In this document: one piece after another, positions 61,012-64,000 of the stretch
Numbering within the stretch: position 1 is the stretch's first letter
Layout: each line of letters opens with the position of its first letter
Source: Scyliorhinus canicula
Taxonomy: Eukaryota
Assembly: GCF_902713615.1 (NCBI RefSeq)
Contig: NC_052164.1
Coordinates: 8,905,088-8,969,087, forward strand
Length of the DNA stretch: 64,000 bases
Reading direction: 5' to 3'
Program-made: the position numbers and the translations under genes
Notes under the pieces: generated by a model
Databases searched by the model: none
The model's input: the letters and a program-made list of their open reading frames with translations, nothing else
What the model was told of the DNA's origin: nothing

Positions 61012-61764
61012 TCAAGTCTGTTGCCATTGCTGTCTCTAGGACAGATAATTGCAGATTTATCTCACATCAGAAACTTTTTTGAAGTTTCAGAATAGTGTAG
61101 GGTCCTCGGCGGCGTGAGGCAGCAGTGCTAACTACTGCGCCACCGTGCCGCCCGCTCTGATCCATTTGTGATCACAGCTCCTTGTTGAGGGCATGAGGTT
61201 GAAGAATTATTCCTCCTGAAGTTCTTTCTCAGTCATTTCCCTTCTGTGCTGGAAAGCCCAATTTTAACATTCTTTCCTCAAACTACTTCTTTGCTTGTGT
61301 GATTATAAATAAATGTCTCCTGATTTTAGAAAAATGTGATAAAATAAAAAAGATGCCAGAAATAAATGGCCTTCAAAAGTGTCAATACTAAGAAAAAACA
61401 GAAAAATAAATATCTGCAACAGTAATTTTTGTTTGTGTCTTCAACACTGTTGCAAATGTGGATTGTGAGGGAGGTACTCAAATGTCTAAGAATAAATGAA
61501 ACATTTCTCTTAAGACATCAGGAAATGGGCAATTAAAGCACATACCCTTCGCGTGAAGCAATTTTTAACCTCTCACTTATCCAGAAGATGTAATTTGATG
61601 AGAAGTAAAACAAGGGACGCATCACAATTCTTCTGACATATTTGGTCATGGAGTGTGATGACCTTGACTTTAATTTGCTTCAATTCGATGTTACAGAAAC
61701 AACACAGCCTCCAGAATGAATAATCCCTTGCACTGTTATATCTTTACAAAACCTCAAAGTAATC

Positions 61765-62066
61765 ATAACAATCTTTTATTATTGTCACAAGTCGGCCTAC
61801 ATTAACACTGCAATGAAGTTACTGTGAGAATCCCCCAGTCGCCACGTTCCGGCGCCTGTTCGGGTACACAGAGGGAGAATTCAGAATGTCCAAATTACCT
61901 AACAAGCACGTCTTTCGGGACTTGTGGGAAGAAACCGGAGCACCCGGAAAAACCCACGCAGACAGACATAGGGAGACGGCGCAGGCTCCGCACAGACAGT
62001 GACCCAAGCAGGAGTCGAACCTGGGACCCTGGCGTTGTGAAGCAACAGCGCTAACCCCTGTGCTAC
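61765..62066 (-). mobile_element. Family D SINE
   Basis: Same head and tail combination as 53298-53600. Confidence 0.9.
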
Positions 62067-63045
62067 AAGGAAGAGCTTTCTATTATGTTTGAAAGATATT
62101 TTCAACAGGAAGCGTTTTTAATTGTTTGCAATTTAGATATTGTCTGCTCCTAAAGCACAAAGGGAATAATGTTTCATTGACTGTGTCCTTGTCCATCACA
62201 TTTTTTTCTCTTCAAGTTGCTGACAGCAGCCCTGCAGTACCATGCACAAGGGACAACTTTCCATCTGTAAGCCTTTACATCAAGAGTCAGCAGGATTTGT
62301 ATCAATTAGGGCAGTGTTGTCCATTAGAAATCGCCGACTAGTCAGAAGTGCAAGTAGAGCTACGTACTTTTAGCGATATGCAGTAGTTACAGTATAAACG
62401 CATTATACACAATGTAGGTAAACTTACTTCACGTGTACGTTTACTTAAACACGTAACTTTAATCAATAACCGAAGTAAAGTACTCCAAATTATCAAAAAA
62501 AACACTCATTCTACACTACATCTGATCAATTTACGAACAAACATGCAAAAATGTCCAAGTTCACATGCACAGGTCATGTGAATACAAGTATCAAGATAAT
62601 GTGGCAATGAATGCATCTGTTAGCCTCTTTCTAATTAGACACATCTGACTAACATTAGACATTATTCCATTTTGCTGAGGTGGCAAGAAGACAGTACAGC
62701 TGAGCCAACTCTGTTCTCACTCCACATCCATCCCTGTAACCACCCAAGAGAGACCTGACTGACATTCCTCTCCCTCACCACCCCATCAGGACCCTCTACT
62801 GATGTCCTGCCTGGGATTAACAAACTCAGTGTGCAGTGGCCATTGAATCTGGTTGCTTCTAACTTATATGTCTTTGTGCTAGACTGGGCAATGCCTAATT
62901 TCCATTGTAATTTCATTTTTCACTTTTTTGAGTCAGATTCAGTTGCCACATTGAAGAGTTGTTTGTAAGACATCAGCTATGTTGGGTTTACAGCAGAGGA
63001 ACGGGTCATTCAGCCCCACTGGTATGCCAATATTAATGCTCTACG

Positions 63046-63283
63046 GGGCGGCACGGTGGCACAGTGGGTTAGCCCTGCAGCCTCACGGCGCCAAGGTCCC
63101 AGGTTCGATCCCGGCTCTGGGTCACTGTCCGTGTGGAGTTTGCACATTCTCCCCGTGTTTGCGTGGGTTTGGCCCCCACAACCCAAAGATGTGCAAGGTA
63201 GGTGGATTGAACATGCTAAAATTGCCCATTAATTTGGAAAAAAATGAATTAGGTACACTAAATTTATAAAAAATAAATAAATA
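63046..63283 (+). mobile_element. Family B SINE with perfect 17-bp TSD
   Basis: TSD aatattaatgctctacg at 63029-63045 and 63284-63300; (TAAA)n tail. Confidence 0.94.
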
Positions 63284-64000
63284 AATATTAATGCTCTACG
63301 AAACCCCCCTCCCACCCTTCTTCAACTAACCTACCAGCAATCCTTCTAATAGTTGGGACCAACCTGCTCCTAAGTCTCATGTTCCTCTGGTATATAATCA
63401 GATTGAAATGATTAAATATCAAAAACGTTATTAAATGTCCTGGAAAACCGTTCACTCGTGATCTGCAGATGTGATGCTCAATCCACGCTGGGTACAGGTA
63501 TTGTGAAGAGAATTTTTCAGGTAGGTTTACTTTTAGCCAGCTGAGGTTGGTTATTGCATCGATTATTATTTCACATCTATTCCCTTCTTTAACGTTACAG
63601 AATTCTTTCCTTCCACCACACGCCCTGGCACACACATTGTGAGGCTTCCACATCTCCTCTCTCGGAGGGGCATGGAAGCAGCACCGGTGTTTCTTCTTCC
63701 TTGTGGGAACCTTCCCGGGAGATATTCCCGGACAATATTGATAATTCATTAGAGAAGCAACTAATGCAACTGTAATCCCACTGCTCAGTCTATTGGAGCT
63801 TGCAACAGTCTTGCATCCAATTCAATTATTTTCAAAGCTGGTATCTTACTGAATTGAAAATAACAATATCACACAGGAATTGACACGGCCCTCTGTTCCA
63901 TCACAAGCTTTGCCTTTATCACAAAAATAAAGCAAAGACCTACGGCAATAAGTATTCTCAAGCCTCACACAGAGAGAGATACACAGTGCTGGCCAATTCT

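Noticed and set aside
63288-63749. 153-aa minus-strand ORF as a possible upstream PIP4K2B exon
   Set aside because: No PIP kinase motif (no DLKGS or GSTVAREAS); upstream exons appear to be outside the window.

Overview
Eukaryotic (vertebrate) genomic DNA, most likely a cartilaginous fish (shark), judged from HE1/V-SINE-like, DeuSINE-like, CR1, L2 and fish-type L1 repeats. It contains the complete 6-exon PSMB3 gene (+, 26729..43336, 205 aa, ATG-only first coding exon, CCAAT/GC/ETS CpG-island promoter) and the last four coding exons of a convergent PIP4K2B (-, 47127..58654; 5' exons not found and probably beyond the right edge). There is also a perfect tRNA-Asn(GTT) gene (11249..11322) and an intact, intronless RPL35 retrocopy with poly(A) tail and 14-bp target-site duplication inside a PIP4K2B intron. 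The left ~26 kb has no recognisable coding exons but has several CpG-retaining, motif-rich, SINE-poor blocks that look like conserved regulatory elements. The right ~37 kb is dense with nested retroelements. The most notable pattern is a modular SINE system: one V-SINE head joined to three different tails with different insertion signatures, plus a second tRNA-cloverleaf head sharing one of those tails. Most entries in the ORF track are SINE/LINE, low-complexity or N-gap artefacts. No prokaryotic systems are present. Repeat boundaries are read by eye and approximate; comparisons with human sequences are from memory and need checking.
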